Assembly (NCBI GenBank): GCA_900321505.1
Contig: ONWK01000306.1
Span: 1-35,579 of the forward strand
DNA from: an uncultured Eubacteriales bacterium
GTDB lineage: Bacteria; Bacillota; Clostridia; Lachnospirales; Lachnospiraceae
DNA: 35,579 nucleotides
Direction of reading: 5' to 3'
Made by a program: the position numbers and the translations under genes
Part shown: positions 28,101 to 35,579 of the stretch, one piece after another
Layout: each line of letters starts with the position of its first letter
Numbering within the stretch: position 1 is the first letter of the stretch
Notes under the pieces: model-generated
The model's database searches: none
The model's input: the letters and a program-made list of their open reading frames with translations, nothing else
Told to the model about the DNA's origin: nothing

Positions 28101-28742
28101 TATTTCCATGTGGACAGGCCGGTGCTTGACGAAATGTCAAGGGCTGCCGTGGAGAAGGCCGGAGGTGAGGAACAGGCGGCACTGGCTGAGATAATAAAGA
28201 CTCTCCGTCTGCGCGGCTTACCGAATATCGGACCGCTGGAGGATGAGGAGAGTGAGAAACCGGTACATTATGTGCTGGAGCTTCAGGAAAAGGGCGCGGT
28301 GGGAGAAGACCGGTCACTGCAGACCGCAGTATCCCTTCCCATCACGGTTTCATCGAAGAACCATACACTGTCAGGCAATCCGACGCTTCTCAGTACGGAT
28401 GACATGATCGGCATAGGAGAATACGGATTGCTGAAAATGAAGCAGATGACAGAGGAACTCCTGAAGGGTGATATACCGAGATATCCCACAAGGGTTGCAG
28501 GTGTCCGCGTAAGCAGCTGTACATACTGTCAGGCTGCACAGGCCTGCCTTATGCGTGAGGATGAAGTACGGGAGCGGTACATTTCCGTAAATCAGGATGA
28601 TAAAGCCCTTTTCAGGGAGCTTGCCGAAGAGGGAAATGAAAATCCCGTCGCACTGAAAAATATACATATGAAGGAGCATGCTGAACCCCGGGAGATCGAG
28701 GAAAGTCTGGAAGATACGGATGATGCGGAGAAGGAGGATTAG
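25134..28742 (+). CDS. addB: ATP-dependent helicase/nuclease subunit B
   Basis: GPAGSGKT, LIVPEQ, DGFTGFT, nuclease GVIDRLD..LDYKTG..LQLAIY, and Fe-S cysteines (CPY; CTYC.....C). GTG start. Confidence 0.93.
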   Translation: MNILKRAEVKIMTGPAGSGKTRVCYEQLVDAAAERLSEHFYLIVPEQAGSSTEQRLLAVNRERTDRPGFFNLDIFGFSRLAHTVLSDAGVDTGEVLGEYGKTILLRSVMARVKKELNIYQGSVDRRGFVDEIKSLVSEFLLFDISPEELEEAASRLGAEERQLQRKLADVITIYRAFREDPVFTGKYMAAEELQGFFAGFLSEEGEKGSVDGAVFYFDGFTGFTAGQRKVITQLAKRASELHFTITMDNDDSTTGMFVQSREMLQQLMKIAPDAKIILQERPQKAGRLAHLEKHAFRFPVREYKGEEGNDLKVWKAENPLEELRIIAEDIAGGVRAGKCRYRDNVILTPDPAGLQSYLDQVMREYELPYFMDTTRSFTNNPIIDAQLLALEIIDRDFAYEPVFSFLKTSALDAVLAAEGIDPGVVEMLENHVIAHGIRGRKLWGKTVMHFTGRREPGEEETVSLQKMERLRLLFLDILKPLSSFAGEKEVPVNRMLKGLLQLADDTRLMLEEREETAEKELTRYGYLAEARAYRGLTEKFRQVLQKTADILGELPMSIHELRETLLAGAAELHLGAIPPTLDRVLIGDLTRTRTDAVRNVYIINLNEGIFPRPAVSAGIINDRDRLTLDRLINDKELAPGEGRKREEEQFSLYLAMSRAVERLVLSFSASGRSGGEQERSYLLGRIMRLFPGLREEIRVRKGLSGVRIPDRLRYMKLKEELREGRLDPQEEEQFTLLGQSFPELEHLGVRDRQGDEKLPPELMSELKLSISVSGMQKYAGCPYSYFLQYILGLMPRREHDIQEKDVGTILHRALELLFREMKDERKNDWKGISGEELSAMTVEKVRAAAYESELIRKDDMEETPGKAVQVLQQLEELAVVSAQVLKRQLQESSLLPEVMEGSFEAEFTADRPDGSPETVRIRGVIDRLDMFRDEEGTAYLRLLDYKTGDKKLDPRDLRDGRNLQLAIYTKILSEWAAKNAKDAVPAGMYYFHVDRPVLDEMSRAAVEKAGGEEQAALAEIIKTLRLRGLPNIGPLEDEESEKPVHYVLELQEKGAVGEDRSLQTAVSLPITVSSKNHTLSGNPTLLSTDDMIGIGEYGLLKMKQMTEELLKGDIPRYPTRVAGVRVSSCTYCQAAQACLMREDEVRERYISVNQDDKALFRELAEEGNENPVALKNIHMKEHAEPREIEESLEDTDDAEKED

Positions 28743-28745
28743 GCT

Positions 28746-31700
28746 GTGACAAAATGGAATGAAGGACAGCTTGAGGTCCTTGAAAGTATAGACAGGAATC
28801 ATAATATCCTGGTATCTGCCGCGGCTGGCTCAGGGAAGACGGCAGTGCTGGTGGAAAGGATAATCCGCAGCATCGAACAGGGAAAGTGCGGTATAGATGA
28901 GATTCTGGTAATGACCTTCACCAGAGCAGCTGCTGCGCAGATGAAGGGGAAGATCATAACCGGACTCGAAAACAGAGCTTATGAATCGGGAAATCCCGAA
29001 TTGCTGAAGCAGCTGAATCTTGCCGGTAATGCCGATATTTCCACTATAGACAGCTTCTGCAACCGTGTGGTAAAGGAGAATTTCCAGCTTGCAGGAATGG
29101 ATCCGGGATATTCAGTCATGGATAACGGAGAATCCGTGCTGCTTAAGGAGGAGATACTTGACGGAGTCATGGAGCAGATGTATAAGGATCCCGGATTCAA
29201 AAAGGCGGCGGCAGTTTATACCAGAAGGGCCTATGACGACAGTATGCTCAGGGATATTATCTTTGCCATAGACCGTACGGCGGACAGCTTTGCGGATCCG
29301 GAGGGATGGCTTATCAGCTGCGCTTTTCCGGCGGGTGACGATGCGGTGGAAAAGGCTCTTGCCATGCCGTGGGCTGTAAAGCTTCTGGAAGAGAAAAAGC
29401 GGCAGCTGGAACAGGCAAAAAAGGATTATGAGGAACTCAGGGACAGATATTATGCTGTGGCAGATCCGTCAGTGAGAGATACTGCGGCGAAGATTTATGC
29501 AGTACTGGATTCTGATGTGGCTGCCATTCAGTGCGGTATCAATGCCAAAGATCTTCTGAAGCTGAATGAAGCTATCTCCGTAAGAAAGACGACTTTTGCG
29601 GCGGCGTCCTATAAAAAGGTATTTTCCGGTGAGGAGATAGATGGGCTTAAAGCTGAACGTGATGCCATAGGGAAAAGGGTGGACAAGCTTAAGCTTCCCT
29701 ACGGCAGAGAAGGTTTTGAACAGGAGCTGAAGGATCATGCGTTGATACTTAATGAGCTGGTCCGGGCGGTACGGCTTTTCAGACAGGAGCTGGAAGCTGA
29801 GAAGAAACGCCGGAAGAGGTATGATTTCAGTGATATAGCCCATGCGGCATATAAGGTGCTCTTCGATACCGAAAAGAATGAGGTGACGGCTGCGGGAAGA
29901 ACCATCAGTGAACAGTACAGATATATCTATATTGACGAATATCAGGACGGAAGTGATATTCAGGAGAAGATCATGAACAGTGTGGCGCGTTATGAAAGCG
30001 GTGCACCGTCGAATATATTCATGGTAGGTGATGTAAAGCAGAGCATATACCGTTTCCGCGAGGCAAAGCCCGAGCTTTTTCTTGAAAAGGAAAGGCTTTA
30101 TAATTCTAAGGAGCTTCCGGGAGAGGTGATATATCTTAACAGGAATTACCGTTCGCGAAAAGAGATACTTGAGGCTGTGAATTTCTTTTTCAAAAAGCTA
30201 ATGAGGAAGGATTTCGGAGGGATAGTCTATGATGAAAAGGTACAGCTTAATCCCCCTGAGGATACGGAGGATGAGCCGGCTGATGAATGGAAGCCGGAGC
30301 TGATACTGGCGGATCCGGGTACTGCAGATGAAGATTCCGGACCGGTTCCGGATGACCAGGTGCTTGAAGCCCGTATGATAGCAGAGAGGATAAGGCAGCT
30401 TGTGACAGGAAACGAGCCGGTACAGTACAGTGACATAGTCATACTCCGGCGCGGAGTGAAGGGCTGCGGAAAAATGCTGAGAGAATTTGAAAGACTCGGA
30501 ATCCCCGTTCAGCTTGAAGACCCGAAGGCTTATTTTGATGCGGAGGAGGTTCTGGTGATACTGTCGGTGCTGCAGATCATAGATAACGCCAGACAGGATA
30601 TCCCATATGCGGCAGTGCTGCATTCGGTCATCGGAGGCTTTACCGATGAGGAACTGACAAGGCTTGCAATGCAGAGAGCTTATAGGGGCGAGGCCTTATA
30701 CGATACCGCGGAAAGGCTTATAAAAGAAGGAAAGGCGGAGGAAAAGCTGATAAGTCTTCACGGCATGATCGCCGGGTGGAAAAAGGAAGCCCTTTATCTT
30801 TCCATAGCTCAGCTTATTGACAGGATACTTACCGACACGGAGTATCTGTTGTATGCGGCATCATTGCCCCGGGGAGGAAAAAGACAGAGCAACCTTATGC
30901 GTCTCATGGCGAAGGCGGAGGATTTTGAAAAGGCAGGGAACCACGGGCTTTTCGCCTTCCTGAGATATATAGAAAAATGCAGGATACATGAGGCTGATTT
31001 CGGGGCATCGGGCGGTTTTTCCGAGGGAAGCAACAGTGTTCATATCTGTACCATCCACAGTTCAAAGGGACTTGAATATCCTGTTGTATTCCTTGCGGGA
31101 TTAGGCAGGAAATATAATACGATGGATCAGAAAAAGCCGGTTGCGGTAAGCGCGAGATACGGCATCGCTCCAAATCATGTACGCAGGATCGGAAGGGGAT
31201 ATATCCAGTCGTCGAAGGGGATCTGCAGGGATGCGGTAAACAGGCTGGAATACCTTGAATCGGTACATGAAGAGCTGAGACTGCTTTATGTGGGAATGAC
31301 CAGGGCAAAGGACAGGCTGATAATGACCGGAGTAAGAAAGGATGCATATGAAAGCCTCAGTCCGGTTGATGGAGACGGAAACCTTTCTTATTCGGAACTT
31401 ACGGATTCTGATTCGGATCTGGATTTTATACTGAAAGTGATAAGAAAAAATGGAAAAGAAGCAGAAAAGTATGTTAGAATCAGTATCCGGGGCATGGATG
31501 AGCTTATGCCGGATGCTGCTGAGACTGAGCTGAAGCCTGTCATTGAAAATAATGAGGGGGAGCTTACGGAGGAGCTTGACGGTCTTCGTAAGAAACTGCA
31601 GGAATCCTATGATTTCACTTATCCCTTCAGAGCTGCTGTGGAGACCAGAACCAAGGTATCTGTATCCGAGATAAAGCATGAGGCTATGGAGAGGAAGGGA

Positions 31701-32366
31701 GCCGGGATAGAGCAGGAACACCCTGTGGATAAGAGCGGCGGACAGAAAAAAGAAGGAACCGGAAAGACAGGAGAAGCTGTCAGTGCGGCGGATTACGGTA
31801 CAGCGGTCCACAAGCTTATGGAACTCCTTCCCTTCCGAAGACTGAACAGCCGGGCCGAGATGGAAAATGTACTGAAGGATGAACTGAACACTTCATTTTT
31901 CACACCGGAGCTTAGAAAAAGGATAAGGGTGGGATCACTGGCTGATTTTTATTCGGATGAGCCGGGAAGCCTTTTTGCACGGATGAGAAGGGCGGACCGG
32001 GAAGGAAAGCTTTATAAGGAACAGCAGTTCCTGATCGGGCTTCCGGGAAGCAGGCTTGGGCAGGAGATCCCGGTGGAGGATGAGGAAGGCCGGCCGGAGG
32101 CGCTCAGCTATGAAACTGATGAGACGGTAGTCATGCAGGGTGTGATCGACGGATTCTTTCTTGAAACGGATGAAAAGGGTCGTGAATATGCAGTACTGAT
32201 GGACTATAAAACAGACAGGGTGGACAGCCCCGATGATCTGATAAGAAGGTACAGTGCGCAGCTTTCGTTATATAAGGAAACACTGGAGGGAATACTCAGG
32301 CTTCCGGTCCGCGAGGTGTGGCTGTACGGATTCTCCCGGGGAATGGGAGAGATCAGGATGGAATAA
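28746..32366 (+). CDS. addA: ATP-dependent helicase/nuclease subunit A
   Basis: [52 protein letters not shown], and nuclease GVID..DYKTD..QL..Y. Confidence 0.95.
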   Translation: MTKWNEGQLEVLESIDRNHNILVSAAAGSGKTAVLVERIIRSIEQGKCGIDEILVMTFTRAAAAQMKGKIITGLENRAYESGNPELLKQLNLAGNADISTIDSFCNRVVKENFQLAGMDPGYSVMDNGESVLLKEEILDGVMEQMYKDPGFKKAAAVYTRRAYDDSMLRDIIFAIDRTADSFADPEGWLISCAFPAGDDAVEKALAMPWAVKLLEEKKRQLEQAKKDYEELRDRYYAVADPSVRDTAAKIYAVLDSDVAAIQCGINAKDLLKLNEAISVRKTTFAAASYKKVFSGEEIDGLKAERDAIGKRVDKLKLPYGREGFEQELKDHALILNELVRAVRLFRQELEAEKKRRKRYDFSDIAHAAYKVLFDTEKNEVTAAGRTISEQYRYIYIDEYQDGSDIQEKIMNSVARYESGAPSNIFMVGDVKQSIYRFREAKPELFLEKERLYNSKELPGEVIYLNRNYRSRKEILEAVNFFFKKLMRKDFGGIVYDEKVQLNPPEDTEDEPADEWKPELILADPGTADEDSGPVPDDQVLEARMIAERIRQLVTGNEPVQYSDIVILRRGVKGCGKMLREFERLGIPVQLEDPKAYFDAEEVLVILSVLQIIDNARQDIPYAAVLHSVIGGFTDEELTRLAMQRAYRGEALYDTAERLIKEGKAEEKLISLHGMIAGWKKEALYLSIAQLIDRILTDTEYLLYAASLPRGGKRQSNLMRLMAKAEDFEKAGNHGLFAFLRYIEKCRIHEADFGASGGFSEGSNSVHICTIHSSKGLEYPVVFLAGLGRKYNTMDQKKPVAVSARYGIAPNHVRRIGRGYIQSSKGICRDAVNRLEYLESVHEELRLLYVGMTRAKDRLIMTGVRKDAYESLSPVDGDGNLSYSELTDSDSDLDFILKVIRKNGKEAEKYVRISIRGMDELMPDAAETELKPVIENNEGELTEELDGLRKKLQESYDFTYPFRAAVETRTKVSVSEIKHEAMERKGAGIEQEHPVDKSGGQKKEGTGKTGEAVSAADYGTAVHKLMELLPFRRLNSRAEMENVLKDELNTSFFTPELRKRIRVGSLADFYSDEPGSLFARMRRADREGKLYKEQQFLIGLPGSRLGQEIPVEDEEGRPEALSYETDETVVMQGVIDGFFLETDEKGREYAVLMDYKTDRVDSPDDLIRRYSAQLSLYKETLEGILRLPVREVWLYGFSRGMGEIRME

Positions 32367-32391
32367 GAGCTTACAGGAAAGGATGGAAAAA

Positions 32392-32886
32392 ATGTCAAGA
32401 ACCAAAGATGAAACCCAGGGCATTTCGCTGTTAAAGGAGACGCTGACAAAATATCCGCTGGATTATACACCTGACGTGCTGGAAACATTTGTTAACAAGC
32501 ATCAGGAAAATGATTACTTTGTGAAGTTTAACTGTCCGGAGTTTACTTCGCTTTGTCCTATAACGGGACAGCCGGATTTTGCGTCCATTACCATTTCCTA
32601 TATTCCGGGTGAAAGGATGGTTGAGTCAAAATCACTGAAGCTGTATCTTTTCGGTTTCAGGAATCACGGGGATTTTCATGAGGACTGCGTAAATATCATC
32701 ATGAAGGATCTGATAAAGCTTATGGACCCGAAATATATTGAGGTGTGGGGCAAGTTTACGCCCCGAGGAGGTATATCCATCGATCCGTATGCGAACTATG
32801 GAAGACCCGGTACGAAATGGGAGGAACTGGCCTGGCAGCGGCTTTCACAGCATGATATGTATCCGGAGAAGGTGGATAACCGTTAA
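32392..32886 (+). CDS. queF: NADPH-dependent preQ0 reductase (type I QueF)
   Basis: [31 protein letters not shown] and FTPRGGI. The ORF-track start at 32254 lies inside addA. Confidence 0.95.
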   Translation: MSRTKDETQGISLLKETLTKYPLDYTPDVLETFVNKHQENDYFVKFNCPEFTSLCPITGQPDFASITISYIPGERMVESKSLKLYLFGFRNHGDFHEDCVNIIMKDLIKLMDPKYIEVWGKFTPRGGISIDPYANYGRPGTKWEELAWQRLSQHDMYPEKVDNR

Positions 32887-32888
32887 GC

Positions 32889-32926
32889 TGCGGAGCATCC
32901 GGAGTCATAGGGTGCTGAACAGTTAC
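32889..32926. repeat. Palindromic repeat, copy 4 (loop plus right half only)
   Basis: TGCGGAGCATCCGGAGTCATAGGGTG-CTGAACAGTTAC; fills nearly the whole queF-folC gap. Confidence 0.88.
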
Positions 32927-32927
32927 G

Positions 32928-34310
32928 ATGAATAAAAAAGATGGGATCAACGTGGATAAGAATATTAAAATAAGGGCTGAAAAGGCTGCAGAGGAGATAC
33001 TTTCAATCCCCAGATTTACAGAGGAACGGGATGCGGCTCTGCTCCGGGATTATCTGGAAGCTCTGGACCACCCGGAATCGGGACTTTATGTGGTTCATGT
33101 GGCAGGGACAAACGGAAAGGGTTCCGTTACAAGGATGCTCCGGGGACTGCTCACACTTTCGGGAAAGAAAACAGGCGGTTTTTACTCGCCCCACCTGATA
33201 CGAATTAATGAGCGTATGGAGGTGGACGGAGAAGAGATAACCGATGAGGAGTTTGTATCGGTTTATGATGAGTTTAAAGCTGTGGTTGACAGAAAAAAGC
33301 CGGGCCGGCTGAACTGCTTCGAAACTTTATTTATACTGGCGCTGCTTTTCTTCAGAAGGAGAAAGGCTGCGCATGTGGTGCTTGAGACCGGACTGGGCGG
33401 AAGGCTGGATGCAACGACATCCATTCCCGCAGAGCTCTATGTTATCACACAGATCGGCCTCGATCATGAGGAATATCTTGGTAATACCATAGAAAAGATA
33501 GCTGCTGAAAAAGCAGGGATAATCACGGGAAATTCACCCCTGGTAATGAATACCGGGAGCCGGTCGGCTGATGAAGTGATAGAGCGTAAAGCTTTGGAGA
33601 TGGGAGTCTCAGCCATAGTGAATGCCGGAAATCATATTGTGTCAGATGTGGCATTTTCTGCATCCGGCATTGATTTTTCATTGCAAAACGATTATGATAT
33701 GTATCAACGTTTTCATCTGCCATGTTATGCGGGGTACCAGATCAGGAATGCAGTGACAGCGTTATGTGCTTCGGAATTCCTGTTGGCGGACCGTTCTCCT
33801 GAGGAACGTGAAAGGCTGCAGAAGGAGATGCTTCTCGGCTTTTCGTGGATGGGAAGGCTGACAGAGGCTGCACCGGGAATATGGCTGGACGGAGCGCATA
33901 ATCCGTCGGCGGCGGATGAACTTCAGTCATCGCTGCCGTATCTGCTTAAGGATTATAACCGGCTTATCTTTGCGGCCTCCGCAGATAAAAATGTGGAGGG
34001 TGTGCTGCAAAGACTGGCAGTACTTCCGTGGAATGAGCTGTGGCTGGTACCATATTCCGGGAGCAGGAGCATGAAGCGTGAGGAGCTGCAGGCTCTGGCA
34101 TGCAGGATATTTCCGCCGGAGACTGTTATAATGCAGTTCGGATCTCCGAAGGAAGCGGTTTCTGCACTGATGAGGGCGGATGAAGAAAATAAGGCGGAGG
34201 ACAGCACATTTACACTGGCTGCGGGATCACTGTATCTGGTTGGTGAGCTGTTGGAATACATACGGGCGTCCGGTCTTTCGGATGCAGAGAAAGGTGAAAA
34301 AGTCGAATGA
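32928..34310 (+). CDS. folC: Folylpolyglutamate synthase/dihydrofolate synthase
   Basis: HVAGTNGKGS, SPHL...NER, ETGLGGRLDAT, IGLDH...LG, EKAGII, LDGAHN and GSLYLVGE. Confidence 0.93.
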   Translation: MNKKDGINVDKNIKIRAEKAAEEILSIPRFTEERDAALLRDYLEALDHPESGLYVVHVAGTNGKGSVTRMLRGLLTLSGKKTGGFYSPHLIRINERMEVDGEEITDEEFVSVYDEFKAVVDRKKPGRLNCFETLFILALLFFRRRKAAHVVLETGLGGRLDATTSIPAELYVITQIGLDHEEYLGNTIEKIAAEKAGIITGNSPLVMNTGSRSADEVIERKALEMGVSAIVNAGNHIVSDVAFSASGIDFSLQNDYDMYQRFHLPCYAGYQIRNAVTALCASEFLLADRSPEERERLQKEMLLGFSWMGRLTEAAPGIWLDGAHNPSAADELQSSLPYLLKDYNRLIFAASADKNVEGVLQRLAVLPWNELWLVPYSGSRSMKREELQALACRIFPPETVIMQFGSPKEAVSALMRADEENKAEDSTFTLAAGSLYLVGELLEYIRASGLSDAEKGEKVE

Positions 34311-34450
34311 TCGATTTTGATGAGGAAATTAAAGCCTTTTCTCCCAGTCTTGATGTGAGTCAGGCAGAGGAGGATATATTGAAGAATGATCTGAAGGATA
34401 TCGCGGATATCGTACTTCAGATGACGACGGATCTCAGAGGGAAGGATTAA
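34307..34450 (+). CDS. Small acidic hypothetical protein (47 aa), absent from the ORF track
   Basis: MIDFDEEIKAFSPSLDVSQAEEDILKNDLKDIADIVLQMTTDLRGKD. ATGA overlap with folC, TAATG overlap with the next gene, AAGGTG RBS. Confidence 0.75.
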   Translation: MIDFDEEIKAFSPSLDVSQAEEDILKNDLKDIADIVLQMTTDLRGKD

Positions 34451-35579
34451 TGGCAATACGCGGAAAATGCTTATACTGCGGAGAGCCTGTCAGTACCAAC
34501 GGGTATTGTACTTCCTGCAAGCTGAACCAGCGCTTTCTGGAAAAGTCGATCAATACGTCGGCATTCCATTATAACATAGGACTGGAGCGGGCAAAGGCAA
34601 GAGACCTGTCAGGTGCCATCGAGTCACTGAAACAGTCTCTTCGCTATAATAAAATGAATATCAGGAGCAGGAACCTTCTCGGACTTATCTATTACGAGAT
34701 CGGCGAGACCGTACCGGCACTCAGCCAGTGGGTCATAAGCGTTAACTATCAGGCGGCAAAGAATCCGGCTGTACGGTATCTGAAGGAGCTTCGGGAGAAA
34801 CCGAAGGAGCTGGACCGCGCTTCGCAGGTGGCGAGGGAGTTCAACCAGGCTTTGGAGCATGCGAAGCAGCATTCTTTCGATCTGGCAGTTATCCCGCTGA
34901 AAAAGGCTCTCTCAATGAATAACCGTTTTGTGAAGGGACACCTTCTGATGGCGCTTATCTATATTGAGAAGAACAGGAAGGGTATGGCCAAGAAGCATCT
35001 TTCCAGGGTTCTTGCCATAGACCGTACAAATGTGCAGGCTCAGCGGATCCTCAGGGAAATGGGAGAAAAGGAGGAGGCCATACTCCGGCTTGCGGAACAG
35101 GGCGAGGAGGCGGCAGCCGAGCTTTTCAGCTATTACGGCGTTGAGACACCGGAGGGACAGCGCCCTGCAAGGAAGATCGAACCGGTATCCGTATCCGGCA
35201 GGAGACGGAGCAACCGGATGAGCAGGTTTAAAGAGGCCAGTATAGCAAGGTTCTCAAATGTATACATGATCGCGGGAATTGTGATCGGTATGCTCATTTT
35301 GCTGCTGGTATTTCTCCCGGGTATAAAACGCAGTGCCGAGGGAGAGGTCGAGGCTCAGGAAAATTCCTATCTCAAGGAGCTTTCAGCCAGAAATGCCGAG
35401 ATAGCCGGTCTTGAGCTTTCTGTGGAGGAAGCAAACAAGAAGGTTGAGCAGGTGGAAAGGGAAAAGGAGGGCCTTGAAAGGGAGATAGAATCTCTGGGCG
35501 CTCAGATAGAAGCGCTCAGGACACAGATAGCTTCCGGAGGCGCGGCGCTTCTTCCGGATGCAGCGGAGGAGAATGCCTC
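34450..35579 (+). CDS. Zn-ribbon + TPR membrane protein, 3' partial, absent from the ORF track
   Basis: Open to the window end: CLYCG...YCTSC, TPR-like helices (YNIGLERA, RNLLGLIYYEIG), a TM segment (MIAGIVIGMLILLLVFLP) and a coiled coil. Confidence 0.85.
   Translation, partial: MAIRGKCLYCGEPVSTNGYCTSCKLNQRFLEKSINTSAFHYNIGLERAKARDLSGAIESLKQSLRYNKMNIRSRNLLGLIYYEIGETVPALSQWVISVNYQAAKNPAVRYLKELREKPKELDRASQVAREFNQALEHAKQHSFDLAVIPLKKALSMNNRFVKGHLLMALIYIEKNRKGMAKKHLSRVLAIDRTNVQAQRILREMGEKEEAILRLAEQGEEAAAELFSYYGVETPEGQRPARKIEPVSVSGRRRSNRMSRFKEASIARFSNVYMIAGIVIGMLILLLVFLPGIKRSAEGEVEAQENSYLKELSARNAEIAGLELSVEEANKKVEQVEREKEGLEREIESLGAQIEALRTQIASGGAALLPDAAEENA

Noticed and set aside
32254-32391. N-terminal extension of QueF in the ORF track
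   Set aside because: It overlaps the addA 3' end; starting at 32392 gives a typical 164-aa type I QueF.
1485-32926. Repeats as integron attC sites (AAC...GTT ends, 57-67 bp, bulged base)
   Set aside because: The ends do not fit RYYYAAC/GTTRRRY, the flanking genes are mostly housekeeping rather than cassettes, and no integrase is present.

Overview
The window looks like a Clostridia chromosomal segment, probably Lachnospiraceae (inferred from gene content and protein style). Nearly all genes are on the + strand. Bases 1-20113 hold an anaerobic cobalamin cluster: cbiP/cobQ, cobT, cobC-like, cbiB, cobD, cbiC, cbiD, cbiF, cbiG, cbiH, a cbiJ-cbiE-cbiT fusion and cbiA. Non-canonical genes interrupt it: a YunG-like protein, a membrane PP2C phosphatase plus hybrid histidine kinase, an apparently inactive alpha/beta hydrolase, an EamA transporter and a small Cys-rich protein. 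After it come trkA-trkH, a secreted cell-wall-repeat protein, a minus-strand degenerate PRTase, and addB-addA-queF-folC followed by a 47-aa ORF and a Zn-ribbon/TPR membrane protein that runs off the window. The most striking unexplained structure is a dispersed intergenic palindromic repeat (arms GTAACTRTTCAG...CTGAAYAGTTAC around a TCCGGATG/CATCCGGA core). It has five copies, three of which start at predicted transcription starts and two of which bracket a divergent promoter block. No transposase, integrase, tRNA, rRNA or CRISPR array was seen.
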